Origin: Pelomyxa schiedti
Lineage: Eukaryota; Protista; Evosea
Length of the DNA: 64,000 nucleotides
Assembly: GCA_020536535.1 (NCBI GenBank)
Contig: JAHLWZ010000840.1
Location: 18,507-82,506 of the forward strand
Reading direction: 5' to 3'
This document shows positions 50,328 through 64,000 of this stretch, in pieces. The notes below the pieces were generated by a model. It saw only the letters and a program-made list of their open reading frames with translations. It searched no databases and was not told the origin of the DNA. Each line of letters begins with the position of its first letter. The first letter of the stretch is position 1. A program made the position numbers and the translations under genes.

Positions 50328-52873
50328 TTATGACCGCCAGAAGCTGAACAAACCTCCCGAGCGGGCAGGTGCTGGTGCTGGTGTGGGTGCCTTCTTTCTT
50401 GCCTCAAGTGATGGATAATCAATAGTGGCAAAAGTCAAGTCAAACAGCAGAGGCTTGCACATTTGCGCCTCCACTGGGGCTGCCTCCGCTGTTGTTGCTG
50501 TTGTGATGTTTGCATTTGTTGCTGTTGCTGTGGGTTGTGGTTGGGCTGGTGCTGCAGGTGATGGCGTGGATTTTGTTGCTGTTACTGTTACTGATGTTGA
50601 GGTATGTGCTTGGGTATCTGTGGAGGGAATTGTTGCTGCAGAATTCTGGGTACTTTGGGCTCTCTTTGCGGCATACGCGGCTGCTTTTTCTGCTACAACT
50701 CTTGTGTGAGATTCTATTTGTTTTTGAAGGGCGACGCTCCTCTCAAGATCAGCCTGTCATTTATGAGAAGGGACCAGTTTCGTGGGGAAATCACCTGGAT
50801 AGGCTCTGGTACTGCCTTCAGCAGACCAAAAGCAGTACTGGCACGTTGAGCAGCCAATTTAAGTAGTGATATTGCCTCAACCCATTTGCGTTCTTGGGCG
50901 AATTTTACTGCCAGAAAGTAACATCTTACGCAATCAGTGGCGCTGAAAGAGACTTGCACTGTACCTGTGTGCTCTATAGCTTTCTATAAGTGCAGAATTG
51001 TTTTCTTGTGCAGTTTGTTGAAGCTTTTCCATTTCCTGAACAAGTTCGGAGTGTGATACAAAATGTGACACTTACTTGAATGATGGCATCACATAAGCGA
51101 ACAAGAACACCTGGTGAGACTTTATTTGAAACTGATTGCTGCTTGATGATATCTGTTTGGTAAAAACAAGTTTAAAAACGTGACGAGATAAATGTATTAA
51201 CCTGGGAATCCTCCCTCTCCAATGCAGGATTGCAAGGTATGTGCCTGGTCCAACGTCTTCTCCAACTTTGCTCGACTCTTCTCTATCTGAAGGTACAGTA
51301 CAAGCTCCTGAATAGACTCGTCTGGTGTCGTGGAAGACCCAGTTTTCTAATAAAGACTTAGTAACCTGGGAAAAACCTTTCACATACACGTGTGCCACGA
51401 GATTTTTGCCTTGATAGTATTTGTGCCGTAACCTCTAGTGCATGTGTGTAACAAAGAGCAATGGCAGAGTGGGCTGCGAGTTTCTTTTCAAAGGAGGGGA
51501 GCTTCTCCATGTTTTTGCGTTGTTGGAAGGCCTTCTGAAGCAAGCGCCTATGCGTAGACGTGAGGTGATAACTGGTGCCAGAGCAAAACGTACTTCACTT
51601 TTTCGTTCTTGATGACAATAGTTTTTCCTTTCAATTTGAACTCCTGTAAAGAGGCATTCTGCTGTTGGGATAAACTCTATTTGGTTGTTCACATAGGTTT
51701 AAACAAAAATGATTTCCGAGGAACCTGTATTTTTTCCTGTAAATTTGGAATGGAGGTAGAAATTATTTCTTGGTCGTATGCTTCATTCAGAATGACCTCG
51801 GGGTTCTGTTTCTTCAAATTGTACACCGAAAATCTGCCGAAACTATGAACGATTTATAGATGTGTCTGTATAAACACCTTATTTTTGGTTCCAGTTCCTC
51901 TAGTCTGTCTTTGTAAAGAGCTCCCTGATCGGGAGGGGCTGAAGTATGTAGCCGATCCAAAATAGTTCTGTAGGGCGTTTTCACCTCACAAAAAGAGTTG
52001 GAAAATTACCTGGAAATCACATAGTTGTCATAGGCTTGCAACCATTCCTGGTTTTCAAATGCGAAATTTCCCAGCATCCATGAATGGTAGATCTTTTTTC
52101 AGGCTCAATTGGATAACAAAGATCGAGAGAAATACCTTCGCCTCCAGAAATGTTTTTGGGTCTCCTAGAGCAGTGCACAGGGAGTCCAAAATTGTGCTCC
52201 ACTTGGTGGCCTAGCAAAGTTGGATTGTGTCACGACTGATCTTGTACCTTTCGCAATTTGCGAAGCATATGAAAATGGACACGTGGAAGGGGAGGACTTT
52301 GTAAATTTTTCAAAGCCATCCAGTAAGCCCAACACCTCTCAGAGTACATGAGAACGGCTTCAAGGTGCCTTGTGAGGAGATTACCCTTGGGTGGCGTGTC
52401 GAATGGAGAAAACCTTGGTTTTGTTACTTGCTCAACGCTAAACGTTTTCTTCACGTATTTCCCACGTCTGAAGTCCCGTTATGAGTTATGAAATAAAGGA
52501 GAGGACACACGAAGTCTGACAAATGCCGAGAGACTGCCTTAATTTGTGTATACGTTTGCGACAATAAACTCTGCTGAATGTTACAACTTAAAACCTTAAG
52601 GTAAACGCACCTGTATCGTGTGAAGTCGTCGTGCCTCAAGCCATTTTGAGCGTGGACTTTGCTCAACAACAAGAACACTTTGAAGCACCCACCTTAAAGA
52701 GGGCCAAAGAAAACTGTAGCCATACCTTCAAGCGAAAGAACCTTTGCTGGGTGTGTTGTGGGTGCCGGCACGCTGGTACTCACAACTGGTTGTGTCGTAG
52801 ATGCGGTTGTTGTAGCAGATTGCTCCGTTGCGATAGCAGCCGCAGCCGCCGCCTTGGCCTGTGACCCACTCAT
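50328..52873 (-). CDS. SRP68: Signal recognition particle subunit SRP68
   Basis: HAQNGLRHDDFTRYR, LMYSERCWAYWMALK, FHMLRKLRK, CKPLLFDL...YPSLE, C-terminal GGLFSFW. Confidence 0.9.
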
Positions 52874-53166
52874 CACGCCCGATTTTCTTTTTGTTTTGTT
52901 TTTTTTCTTTGCACGAAAAAGTCAAAGGAAACGAGATTGTATTTTTTGATGGGTTGTTTGCCCTTCAACTAGTAAGGGGTTCCCTCCAGCTGCCTCCATC
53001 TCAGCTGATGTGTGCTCAGTTCAATGCCACTACAGGAGAGATTCATGATTCAGGGCCTGAACGATTCGAGAGAACTCCGGCCGGAGTTCCTTGGAATTAA
53101 CGCAATAAAGGTCATTGCGGGAAAGTTTTTTTTTTCTGGGTTTGTATCATAGGGTGTCCAGAATGG

Positions 53167-55449
53167 TTAATTGGTTGTAGAGTTGCCAGGAGTAGTCAAG
53201 GGAGGGAGGAGTGACTTTGGTGACAATGGGGTGGTCAGAGCCCCCACCAATGCTAAGTGTCATGATCCCTTCTAGTGTGGCGAGGTTAGTGCCGATTGCA
53301 GCTTCTAGAGACTCCCGCTTTTTCGGGTCAGCATTGCGGTACTCCTCCTTTGTTGCCCCAATTAGGGAGCTTGTAACCTTGGTGTTTGGTGGATTTTTGT
53401 TGTTAGGTACTTAATTCCAGTGACAAGAAAAGGTACTTGTTCGGATATTGTGACCAGACAGGATGCAGTGCTGTCGTCGATTCTCACATCAACAGTGAAA
53501 GTATTTGGGTTCCAGGAAGAAGCAATGCAGTCTGTGCATGCCCCCTGTGCGCAGTTTGTATTAGGTTAGCAAGTACTAAACGGGGGCAAATGGAATACCT
53601 TGATTTGGCAAGTTCTTTTTGTCTTGAGGTCTTTACAGAGGTCGACAAGCCAGCATGCGTTGGTGGTTTTGACTGTGCTAGATGCTTTTGGTATTGTTTC
53701 TGTTTTTTGTGGAATAGATGGCGAGGAATGACGGTCAGGTATTGAGGTAGTTGTGGAGACAGTAACATTGTTCTCATGGTTTAGGGAATCATCTAAGGGG
53801 CCGGATATATCCACAATGATATCATTTGTTATTTTTACAGGTTGAGATGGTGATTTTGCCGGAGAAGAAGATTGTCGGTACCGCTTTGATTCAGGAGGTG
53901 ACGGTTCATCGTCAATTCCTAGGACGGAATCATCTAGATCACAAATTGTTGGAGGTTCATAGTTCGCAGGAATGGGTAGTTGAGGAGGACTATCATCAAG
54001 GTCAATAACAACTGTTTTCTGCGCACTGTCCGAGTTCTTCTGGGGACTGGTGCGCTGCTGTGCCCAAAGAGTGTCAAGAGTAACTGGAGGTTTAGCTGGA
54101 GATGAACTGGTATTTACATGTTGTGCCATGGTTTTTGAGGAGGGTGGAGACCGAGAAGCTGCACTACTTGGTGTCGTTGGGCGAAGTAACAGATTAGGAG
54201 TTGATGGTTTGATATTACTTGGAGAAATAGGTGACTGTGGGGCCTTGTTTACTGTGAGTAAACTCATTAAGTGCAGGAAGGCATACCTGTAATCGAGCGG
54301 TTGGAACTGCAGGTGGATCCATAGAGTTATTCCTTGGTATGTTCGTAGAGGTAGTTGGGGAGGTTCGAGGTTGGAGATTCGGGGATGTGGTAGAAGCATG
54401 TGATGGTTGAACTTGTATTTGTTGTGATGGAGGAGCTCTGACTTGCTGAGATTGTGACGGCATTGAGCTATCGTCTGATTGCAATTGGACAAGACGTCCA
54501 TCTGACTGAAACTGAATATCCGACATTCCAGGATCAGGGAGATATGCAGGTCTGAGGTCAGTTAGTTTGAAGTGTAGTGTTACATAGAGGCTGCACACCT
54601 CTTCCGTTTGTCCAATTCGTATCTTCTCTGCTTCTCCGCTTCCATAAGACAAGTTACACCACCACCAAGAACAAACACGCAATCTGGAATCAACCAAATT
54701 TGGCCATTTCGCACTTCCACATCTTTTACAGCAATCTATTATTGTCTCGTCACCCCTTACTAAATTGCCTTATTATAATTCTTAGGTAATGAAAAGATGC
54801 CTTCGTTCCAGGAGCAGTGTTCACACTCAAATTAGGGATGAGCCTATACTCTATGCCATAAACTCTCTGTTTACCATCTGTTAGGGTGAGTTTGAGCACG
54901 CGCTTCGGGTTATCCACGAACCTGAATCAAAGTAATCACAAGTTATAGAAAGCCAGAGTTACTAACCGATCATCCACCGACGCGGCAATGTTGACAAGTT
55001 CGTCGGCTTGTAAAATGAACGTGCCATGTATCTTTGCACGCACAGGGCGTGGTGGTATAGCCTCAGTGCCTGCTTCAAAGTCATACACCAAGCATTAAAC
55101 TTGGACTTCAAAAAAAAAAAAAAAAAACAGAGAGCGAGAGAGAGAGACTTCATTCATGCATATAAAACGCACTTGTGGGTGGAACAACAGAAGCGCCGAT
55201 GAACCCCATTTTAGCAATTCCCGCGGGCAGAATGACTCCCCTCTCGCCCTCGGGCACCGTGTTCAAGTCCGACGTCAAAAACTGCCCATACACGCCCCGC
55301 ACAACCTCGCTCACAGTAGACGCCGCCGCGCTTGACGAAATCACTTCTCGCGCGGTGCGCGTGAGCCACGCCCGCCCAACGGGGAGCCTGTAGTCCCGCA
55401 CCAAGTTGTCCACCGCTGCGGTCACCGCTGTGTCTCTTGCTGCGGCCAT
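53167..55449 (-). CDS. RMI1: RecQ-mediated genome instability protein 1
   Basis: N-terminal helical bundle (VYGQFLTSDL), OB fold RVLKLTLTDGKQRVYGIEYRLIPNLSVNTAPGTK...VEVRNGQIWL..VFVLGGGV, C-terminal OB (VRIDDSTA...LEGIM). Confidence 0.85.
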
Positions 55450-55686
55450 TGGTAATTTAGGCAGATCTGGTATCTTTCGTTGTCTGCCTTTGAAAGGCGA
55501 GACTGCCCGAAAATGCACTTCCCTCTCATGTCAGGAGTAATGCCTCTTGGTACTTCAGTGACCTCGTGCTTGAGAGCCGGTGTCAGGGAGTTTAGGCTAA
55601 AACCGATTCTGCTCGTTCAATCGCTTTTTTTTTTTCTCTTTCATTTTTCGACGACGGGCAAGGGAAGTTCTGGTGTGTGACCCACA

Positions 55687-56891
55687 ATGATGTTGGATGC
55701 AAATGCGATGATGGGGGGTTCAGCGTCGGCGGTGAGCATCGCGCTTGCTGCGGCCACGTCCGGCTCGAGGGGCGGCGACATGTCCCATAATATATTTGGG
55801 TACCTCAAGAAGCAGAGCCCTAATGGCATGAGGTGGTGCAAGCGGTATTTCAGTGGGAAGGACGGGTGTGTTCTATGTTCGGATTCACTCAGATATCTTG
55901 TTTCCTATTTAATCGTCTTTCTCCTTTCTGCACAACCCTTTTTTTTTTTTTTTTAATACATATGTTATTTCTTTAACTGCCTCACTTTATGCAAGGTATT
56001 TGTGTTATTATGCCACAGAGCAAGCAAAGATACCTAAGGGTGCCATAGATATGCGTGTGGTTGTTCGGATCTCAGAGATCACAACAGTCGACACCAAAAC
56101 TTTTGCCCTGGAAACCAAAGTATAATTTTTTTTTCCCCGAAGTACCATCATTACAAATTTCTAACAATATGAAAGGACAGAAAATTCTTACTTCAAGCAA
56201 CTGATACAGAGGAGAGAGATGTATGGCTAGCTCTACTGAAAGCTTGGAAAGCATCCATCGAGGAGGCACATATTGCAAAGCTGAAGTACTTGCTTCATTG
56301 AGAAATTACTGCGATTTATTTTGCCCACAGGCGAAGGGAAGAGAAGTATGCACAAAGAAAGGCGCTGAATAAAGATTCAACCGAATTCGACGTTGATCAC
56401 AGAATGCTGCCAACCAGTTTATTCGTCAAATCAGTATGTATCTTTTTTTTTTTCTACCTCCAATACTGACCAAAAACCACCAACCAAAATAGCAACCAAT
56501 GCAAAGCCCACCACACGAACCGACCAGTTCCAGTTTATCCACATCTAGTAGCACCGCATTATCCACATCATCCACATCGTCCCCATCCACACCAGCCATA
56601 CCCTCAGGCCCATTTGACATCAACCCACACCTCCCCAATCTCAACAACAAAATGAGGCTTGAGCTCACATGGAAAACACTCCAGAGGCACCCCGACAAGC
56701 TAGAAAAGTGCCTCCAGTGGCTCGCCGCATTCCCTGAACTCGGCGCAACCCTCCGCGAACTCACTGACACCCTGGAACATCCAGCAGCACCATGGACACT
56801 GGCTGCTTACATTGACAACACACAGTACACTTGGCCCCCGTCTTCTTCTTCTGCCCCATCTTCTTCATCCACTCCATCCTCTAGTTCCTGA
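55687..56891 (+). CDS. PH-domain protein
   Basis: GYLKKQSPNGMRWCKRYF, LCYY...PKGAIDM, FLLQATDTEERDVWL. Confidence 0.8.
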
Positions 56892-57003
56892 CACTCTGCT
56901 TTGTGACAGTATGTCAGTGGCCCCTTGGCACTATGTGTAATTCTTTAAAACATCATCACCAATTTTTCCCTATTTTGGAATTTTCGTTCCCGTCAAACTA
57001 GCG

Positions 57004-60000
57004 ATGAGCCTTGTTGATGTTGGGGAGGATGTTATTGGGGTACTTTGTGGGTACATTGGGGTATTGGGAACTGTGAGGCTGGGGTCTCAGTGCAAAGTCC
57101 TCAGTCTGTGGTGCAAGTACTTTTTTGTTCTTGGTTTTTTTTGGTGACCACTGGCAACGAGCTTTTGCTTGCGTTAATTGAATAATAACAGAGGAAATGT
57201 TGTGTGGGAGAAATTTGTGAGGACGCATTTTACGGGCACTCCTGTCTGGGCCACACTGGAACCAAAAATTGGGCCGGATCAGAATAGCACTTCTTGTGCC
57301 TCCACCAATGTGATTCCTCATTCGCATCACCCACGGGTGATTAGAGAGGAGACTGGACCATTCCCTACAAGAATCACCAAATCCACAATCCTCAATCCAG
57401 CAGCAAAACATGCAACGCTGATATACAAGCCTTATACACCACAATGTGGAACTGGTGTGACACAAAGACCATGTGCTGATTCTGGAGTTTCACTGGTCCG
57501 GCCTGCTACTGATAACCTGCCACATGGATGGTGGTTTGACTTGTACATTGCTACCGTGAAGATGCTTGTGCCATTGCTGCCTGTATCATGTTTCCTGGTA
57601 GTGTTTATTGAGTGACTAAGTGAATCTCTTCAGGTTTACTGCCGGCAGAAGAATCTAGCACTACTTAACAGGTTGAGTGCTGTACCATTTCCTCCGTCAG
57701 TGGTTGTCCCGCTCTGCTTTTTTTTTTTTTTGTTCCACTAACTCAAAAAAAGGTGAATAATTTGATAAAACAAGTATGTGACACAGGGGCTCCTGAGTGT
57801 GTGGCAAGTCTTGTAAAATACAATGGCGCACGCCCTACTGGTCTCCGTCGTGCAGCACAGAGAGTGAAATTATGCCCTCCAAATATCTGTACCTTATAGG
57901 GGTGATAGGGTAACGTAGCTGCTGTTTCTCTTTTGATGGAACTACCTGGTGCACAGGAGGAAGCTGCTGCCTTGGCCAAAACAAATATAGCCCTCTCCGC
58001 TGCTGTAAAGCAGGCTATCGAATTCGCCCAGCAAATCACTGTAAAAAAGTTCCTGGGAGCAGATATCTCTTTCCTTCCTGTTTACTGGAACAGGTTAGTA
58101 GCTTTTGGAAAAGGAGATGTCCTTGAGGTACATGTTCAAAGTTTGGTACTAGATCTTAGAAATGCAGGTGTGGAATGCTGCTCGTCTCTCTAAACAAGCC
58201 CACGTCTTGCGGTTTTTGCGGCCAAAGTTGCCTGACGTTAGCACATTTCCCAGCAATCTCATTGGAAAAAGCATAGAAGCTTCCGCGCTAATTGGAGATG
58301 TGAAACTGGCAGAAAGCTTTTTAGCAGTCTCCACCTGTAAAGAACAACACGCATTGTTACTTTTGAAGTTTCTACGGGCAAATGTATTCCTAATTGATTT
58401 ACCTGAGGAATTTGTATGTTGATCATTTTAGCTCTTGTCACATATATAGATTGAACTCCCTGTCAAACTGGATATTCCCTTTTCAAGCCCACTTTATCAG
58501 GAAGAACTTTGCAAGTATCTTGTGTCACTGTCTGAGGTTTTTAACTGTTCACGAACAGGTTCTTTATAGAGATGATTCCCTGGACTCGTGTTAACAAGTT
58601 AGTAATATGGAGGGAATTGACTTCAGAGACTATTATTAGAAATGCTGCAGACATCATAGCGCGTATTTTTGAGGCGAAATCTCATCCTCTATACACACCA
58701 GAGTGGAGTCCATCACCTTCCGCTACCATATCGTCTGAGTTGATGAGTCGCATGGTCTCCACTATCCCCTTGGAGCAGACACAAATTGGCCAGTAAGACT
58801 GTGTTAATCATTCTTTCCAACCTTTTTTTCTTTTTCAGGTGACTTATTATCTACCTCATTTGTACCAAAATCAGCCCTGATCAAGGTAGCACAAACAACG
58901 TGTCTCCGGCAATGCGCCACACAGATTCTTCAGTTTCCTACCGATATGGATTGTGTGTAAATGATTACTCTACTGCAGCGGATACCTTACTTGCTATTAA
59001 TGGCCATAGACAAGGACTTCCTGAAAGTGATGGAAGTTGCTGACAATACCGCCCTCAGCACGGAACTACGAACGAAGGTTGTAAACCACTGTTGTCTTTC
59101 TCCAGATGAACTTGATTTTTATGCATTACTTGCACTTCCTTTCATGTCTAACTGTACCATTGAAGTTATTATTTCCATGACCTTTCCTGTTACTCATCAG
59201 CTTCAATAAGATTCCTCCACTAGTCTCTTCATATTACACTCGCCTCCGATCCATAATACCTCGCGGAGACCTGCACTTCAGTGGCGTCAATACCCAGGTG
59301 ATGCTCGAGGAACATGTTTGGCACCATCCCCATGCAGCCTACGCATGGAATGAGAGACGGTTCCGCATTGATTGCACGGCTCTGGGATTTTTACAGGCTA
59401 AAGGAGATACAACTACATCCGAATTAATGTCAGCTAATATAGAGGGAGCTATACCACAGTTTCATTTAATGTTCTTTGGGTACGATATGCCTGTCATAAA
59501 CTGCATAACGAAGGAGGCTGCTTTTGCTGTTTCAGGACTTGTCACAGCCGCTATCACCTCATTCCATTCGCTGTTGCCACCAGAAAGAGACTTGTTCGAA
59601 CTCAAAAGAGCTGGTATGGCGTTCAATTCCAAGGTAAACTTGCCATACTAACAGTAACAGGGTCATACTTGGGCGTTATTCAGGCCATCAAAGGGAATTT
59701 GGAACAGTATTACAAAGACATTATCGTCAACGAATCATGCCAGTTCATGGATGATGTGGAATTCCCTCAACTCCTCACTTCCCAGTTCATCACAGGCTCC
59801 ACAATAGATGTAACTTCAAAAATTTAAATTGCATACCACCTCAATACCATACCAATTTCTCTTAATCAACCACAAGGTTCCAGCACTCCTAGAATACAAC
59901 CCATCCCGGCTTGCTGCACTTCTTGACCTCTCTACAGTAATGTTCTCCGGCCTGTGTAAGTCAGTGACTTTGCACACATGGTATGCCCCGGCAGACGTGG

Positions 60001-60308
60001 GTGCAGGCCGAGAGCATGACCTCCATGCTCACATGACAGGCACACCTCTGGCTTTTGCATTGTCCCGAGGCTGGGCTCCCCTGTGTGCTCTCATTGGACA
60101 GAAGATAGGAACCCCAGTGGACTGTGATATGCTACCAGGACTAACAGCCCAGCAAATAGAATTACACAGGCAGAACCAGCATTGCTCTCTGGAAATATTA
60201 TTCAGCAGCTGGAACTTCGACACCTATGAAGAGGCTGCAGAGCTGGCACACACCGAACTTCTCAAAAAAGGAGTTGCATGGGACCCTCTCCCTCCAAACT
60301 CCACATAG
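57004..60308 (+). CDS. F-box-like + degenerate ankyrin/helical-repeat protein
   Basis: N-terminus MSLVDVGEDVIGVLCGYIGVLGTVRLGSQCKVL...VVWEKFV (F-box-like). ECVASLVKYNGARPTGLRRAAQRGNVAAVSLLM and PLAFALSRGWAPLCALI are ankyrin-like. Confidence 0.55.
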
Positions 60309-60427
60309 CCAGAACTCTGTTCTGGAAAGTGCAATTGGATTTAGAACAATGGAGCCGAGCACTCGATTTGAGTGTTCAGGCCAATTTTGAGATGGGGTTT
60401 TTGTTGCTATTTGGAAAAGGGTGTTGT

Positions 60428-63400
60428 TTAGGAGAAGAAGTGCTTGTTCAGTAGGTAAATTACAAGGTTGACATTGAGAATGAGGAAGTCGGTTTCATAT
60501 TGAAGGTGACTGCCGGCCTGGCGTTCAAGCAGGTCATCAATCTGAAGCTTGAGGTCGGCTATTGGGCGGCTGCGGTATGACACCTTGATATCAAACATTC
60601 CTGGTGTCGGTGAACTGAACTCAAAGCATACATGGGCCCGTCTGTAAAGCATTGTGAGGGGAAGGTGAGAGCCGGAATTGAGGGAAAACCTGTCGTCAGG
60701 TACATCGGACTCCATAATAATGCCGTCTTTCATGAGTTGGTTGTGTGTAAACTTGAAAGGTCCAGTAATATGCTTGACCTTAGTTTTGTCGCCTCTGCGT
60801 TTGGTGTTAGATGCGCTCAAAGGAGTTTCGCTCAGAACCTTGCAGGGCCAGTGCCAGAGGGATTACGCACATTATTTAAATACTCTTCGTACACCCTCAA
60901 CTGCTGGTTTCCGAATTCATTGTGCTCCTGTAGTGCTTGATACACGACTTTAAGCTTTTCAATATCTGCTGCGACTTTGACGACTCTCTGGTTGCTATTC
61001 AAGAATTCCTGGAAGGAATAAGGAAAGAAAAAAAAAAACACGAAGCCACACCTCGGCAAGCTCTTTGCTCATTCGTGCAAAGTACACGGTATCAGGTTCC
61101 CCACCAATGGATGTGAGTTTTTTGCAAGTTACAAGAATTCGGCCTATGTGTTCAAGAACTTCTTTATTGTTTTGAGATGTTGCCCACTTAGCGATTTGAG
61201 CAAGTAAGGACTATTGTATTGAATGAGAAGGGAAAAAAGAGAAAAACGGGGTGGACACTGACCCTAACATCACCATCAACAAGTGTTAGATTTGTTGGCA
61301 CGGATCTGATAAGCGAGAAAAGGAGGAATTTTATTTCAGAGTACAATTGCTCTGGTCTCATTTGTGTTTGACCGCCATCTATGACAGTGTAAGAAAATCA
61401 CAAAAGAATATCAGTATTAACCTTTTGGGGGGAGAAGTTTTAGCTCCACATTGGCGTTATCTTTTCGTGGAAGTTGAGGGGGTGGAGCAGACAGGTTTCT
61501 CAAAATTTGTCTCATTTCATCACTAGCATCTGGTGACTTGAGTATGTCAGGATTTATGTAAGTAATTTGGAACTACTCACAATAGCCTCGCAATGCTGTG
61601 CAAGGAGAGAATGAAGGAAGTAAATTTCATTCAAACTTATCGTTATTGTGATATCCTGTGTTTTTCCCAATGACAAATACTTGTCCATCTTATGCAATGT
61701 CAACAAATCGATGAGGGAGAGTAATTTTTACTGAAAGGTGGTCATTTAGATCTTCAACTTCGGTAAGCCTCTCCATGAACTGATTGATAACAGGAGTATT
61801 TCTTTCGAGCATAGGATTTAATTGCTCCATATAGAACTCTTTCACACCACCAAAAGGTACGTTATTTGCTATGTTCTGAAGCATTTTTGCTATCTGACAG
61901 GAGAATAAGGGAAGATTCAGGCAAAAGGACAAAAAACCAAAGTGAGATTCCTTCGTGTAGTTTGTGAAAGTTTTGTATCGATAAGCATGAAAGCATTTGG
62001 AGTAACAATGGCGGGATTCACAAAACGAAGAAGGAAGAATCCACCAATCACAGAACACTTTTGTGCTTGAGTGGCATCTGGGAATTTTTCCTGCAGCTAT
62101 ATCAGATACTCCCGGGGGTTAAACCAACCTTAAACAGTTCTGATATCTGCCTGGATATCCATCTAATACCATATGGGACAACATCCAAGGAATTGACTAG
62201 TTGAGCAACAAATTCATCAGCAATTCGTTCCAGATGAGCCATTCCTAAATGATGGGAAGGGATTTTAAGGGAAATATGAGAACTCACGTGGTGCAATTAT
62301 CTCCTTCACTTTTGGATGGGCAGCACATTGCTCTGTAGTGAGCTTTCGTTCCTCAGTGAAAGACTTCCCTTCCTTTGACTCATAATCATTCACATAAGCT
62401 TCAAACACCTTGTAATAAGAAAATGTGTTTAAAATCTCCAAAATAGCTGAGATCAAGTACTTTTGCAGGGTTAATCTCAAGATTGAGATTTGGATCTGCT
62501 ACAGTTTTAGCCAGTATTGGAGTCAGGGTTTGCTTCAAATATTGCTGCCCCGGCCCTCGTCTATGGGATTTGGGTAAGAAAAGGTACTTGTTCTGTTAAG
62601 AATTTTACCTTGTATAGGTATTCAACATGCGGGTTAGTGCGGTGTTTGCTCTCAAAATATTGACAATTGAAGTAACTTCAGCAAACTCTGCTTGTAGCAC
62701 ACACTGAAAAATGATGAGGGAAGATAAATGACAATACCAAGTCACCTGAAACATTGATAAAAGGAGATGTTCTTCCTCTTCTTCATATTGATTTCCAAAA
62801 AGAGTGAACATAACAGTCTGCAAAAAGTTGTCTATCTCTCCAAGTTTGATGAGCCGGGCAACTTTGCTGATGTACTGTGTTTTGCGTTGAAGGAGCCAGA
62901 AGAGACGTCCATAGGCCTGGTAAACTTAGTTAGGGAACCATTTTAGGATTTGTCCTTAGGGTAGTACTTCTGCTTCTTGTGTCGTTTTGAAAGACACGGT
63001 TTTACTTAGTTGCTGGGTGACCATTTCTCCCTTGGCTTTGAGTACTTCCTGGATAAAAATAAGAAAGGGAATGGGGTAAAACAAAACCAACATCGATAGT
63101 AGTCCGGTGCTTAATAAGAAGTGCAATCTTTTTGTCCAATACATCGATGTCTCCTTCCAGTTGGAAATTTTTCTTGCTTGAAACAGAGATCTTTCTCTTA
63201 AAGTCATTCAGTTCTTTCAGTACTGATTTTGTTTAAGTTAGTGAGTTAACCCCAAAGAAAGAAAAAGAAAAAGACCACCACCAACACCCCCCACCAAAAG
63301 GTATCCGAGAAATATACATTGAACAAGTTTCGACAAGGCCACAGGGTCCTGGTTCTGAATTATGGTAAGCAACGACACGGGCGTTGCCGAGTGCGCACCG

Positions 63401-63708
63401 CCGCCGCCGCCGGTGCCGGTGCCCGTCGCTGGCGTAGGTGTGGAAGGCGTTGCAGCCGCCGTTGGCGTTGTTGACGCCGATGGAGGCGCGTGGGGTGTCG
63501 TGGCGGGCGCTCCCGTGGAGTGGTGCGCCGTGGAGGGTGTCGCGTGCTGTTGAGGGTTGGTGGACGACAACGCCACAGCGGCGCCGTTGTTATTGCTGCT
63601 GGCCGTTGCTGTGCCCGAAGAAGAGGAAGAAGAAGTCGACGAAGATCCGTGGGAGGAGTGCGAACTGTGGGACGAGCTGTGGGAGTGATGACCTCTGGAC
63701 GACGACAT
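60428..63708 (-). CDS. RasGAP with RasGAP_C/IQGAP-type C-terminus (Gap1/Sar1-like)
   Basis: FLQTVMFTLFGNQYE, LRANTALTRMLNTYTRRGPGQ, VPYGIRWI, GGFFLLRFVNPAIVTP, IAKMLQNIAN, LNVNLVIYLLNKHF. Confidence 0.93.
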
Positions 63709-64000
63709 CTGTGGTGGGGATGGGGGGGGAAAAGGTAGTAGTAGAAGTGATGGGACTGTCGCTGTTCCGGGCGAAGGGGTATCACCTACGCACGATTTTT
63801 TTTTTAATTTCTGTTGTTTGCCTTTCTCGAAATCAATTTTTTTTTGAATTTGAAAAGGGGTACACGGTTTTTTCGCCAATTGGGTAAATAAAAAAAACAC
63901 CAGACCATCGGGTTTCTAAAGTTTAGGTTTTGTTGCTAATCACAACAGATTCGATTAGATCGGTGCACATCAAATTCAAAGAATAAGAGGTGATCGAATC

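Noticed and set aside
55560-55625. Possible tRNA (GTTCAA motif)
   Set aside because: No cloverleaf or acceptor stem could be formed.
60428-63708. IQGAP
   Set aside because: No CH or IQ motifs, and the arginine finger (LRANT) and LLRF motif are retained, which fits a Gap1/Sar1-type RasGAP.

Overview
Gene-dense, intron-rich eukaryotic (protist) genomic DNA. It has many short GT-AG introns (~40-110 nt, often with poly-A/T runs and AAG acceptors) and intergenic gaps of only 100-600 nt. The gene style and one lineage-expanded ORF family suggest an amoebozoan, probably an archamoeba such as Pelomyxa (inference from recollection, not a database result). About 25 protein genes were reconstructed by manual splicing. 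In order: DUF4139 protein (partial), stand-alone H-NOX protein, RRM + degenerate Cid1/TUTase-fold protein, long-chain acyl-CoA synthetase, GTPase with a Zn ribbon, CNOT3/Not3, APC polyamine/amino-acid permease, a 2-TM protein, an F-box-Arf fusion, an intronless family ORF, a TKL kinase, two tandem metzincin proteases, RAD54B, an OTU-PUL deubiquitinase, an Rh ammonium channel, CFIm25/NUDT21, CCDC113, Vps16, SRP68, RMI1, a PH protein, an F-box/ankyrin protein and a Gap1-type RasGAP. The most unusual items are the ubiquitin-system fusions (F-box-Arf with altered switch residues; OTU-PUL), a TUTase-like pseudoenzyme lacking all three catalytic Asp, a cyclase-less H-NOX, and an intergenic pseudoknot with hammerhead-like core motifs. 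CDS coordinates are start-to-stop spans including introns; splice sites were inferred by eye. No tRNA, rRNA, CRISPR array or clear transposase was seen.
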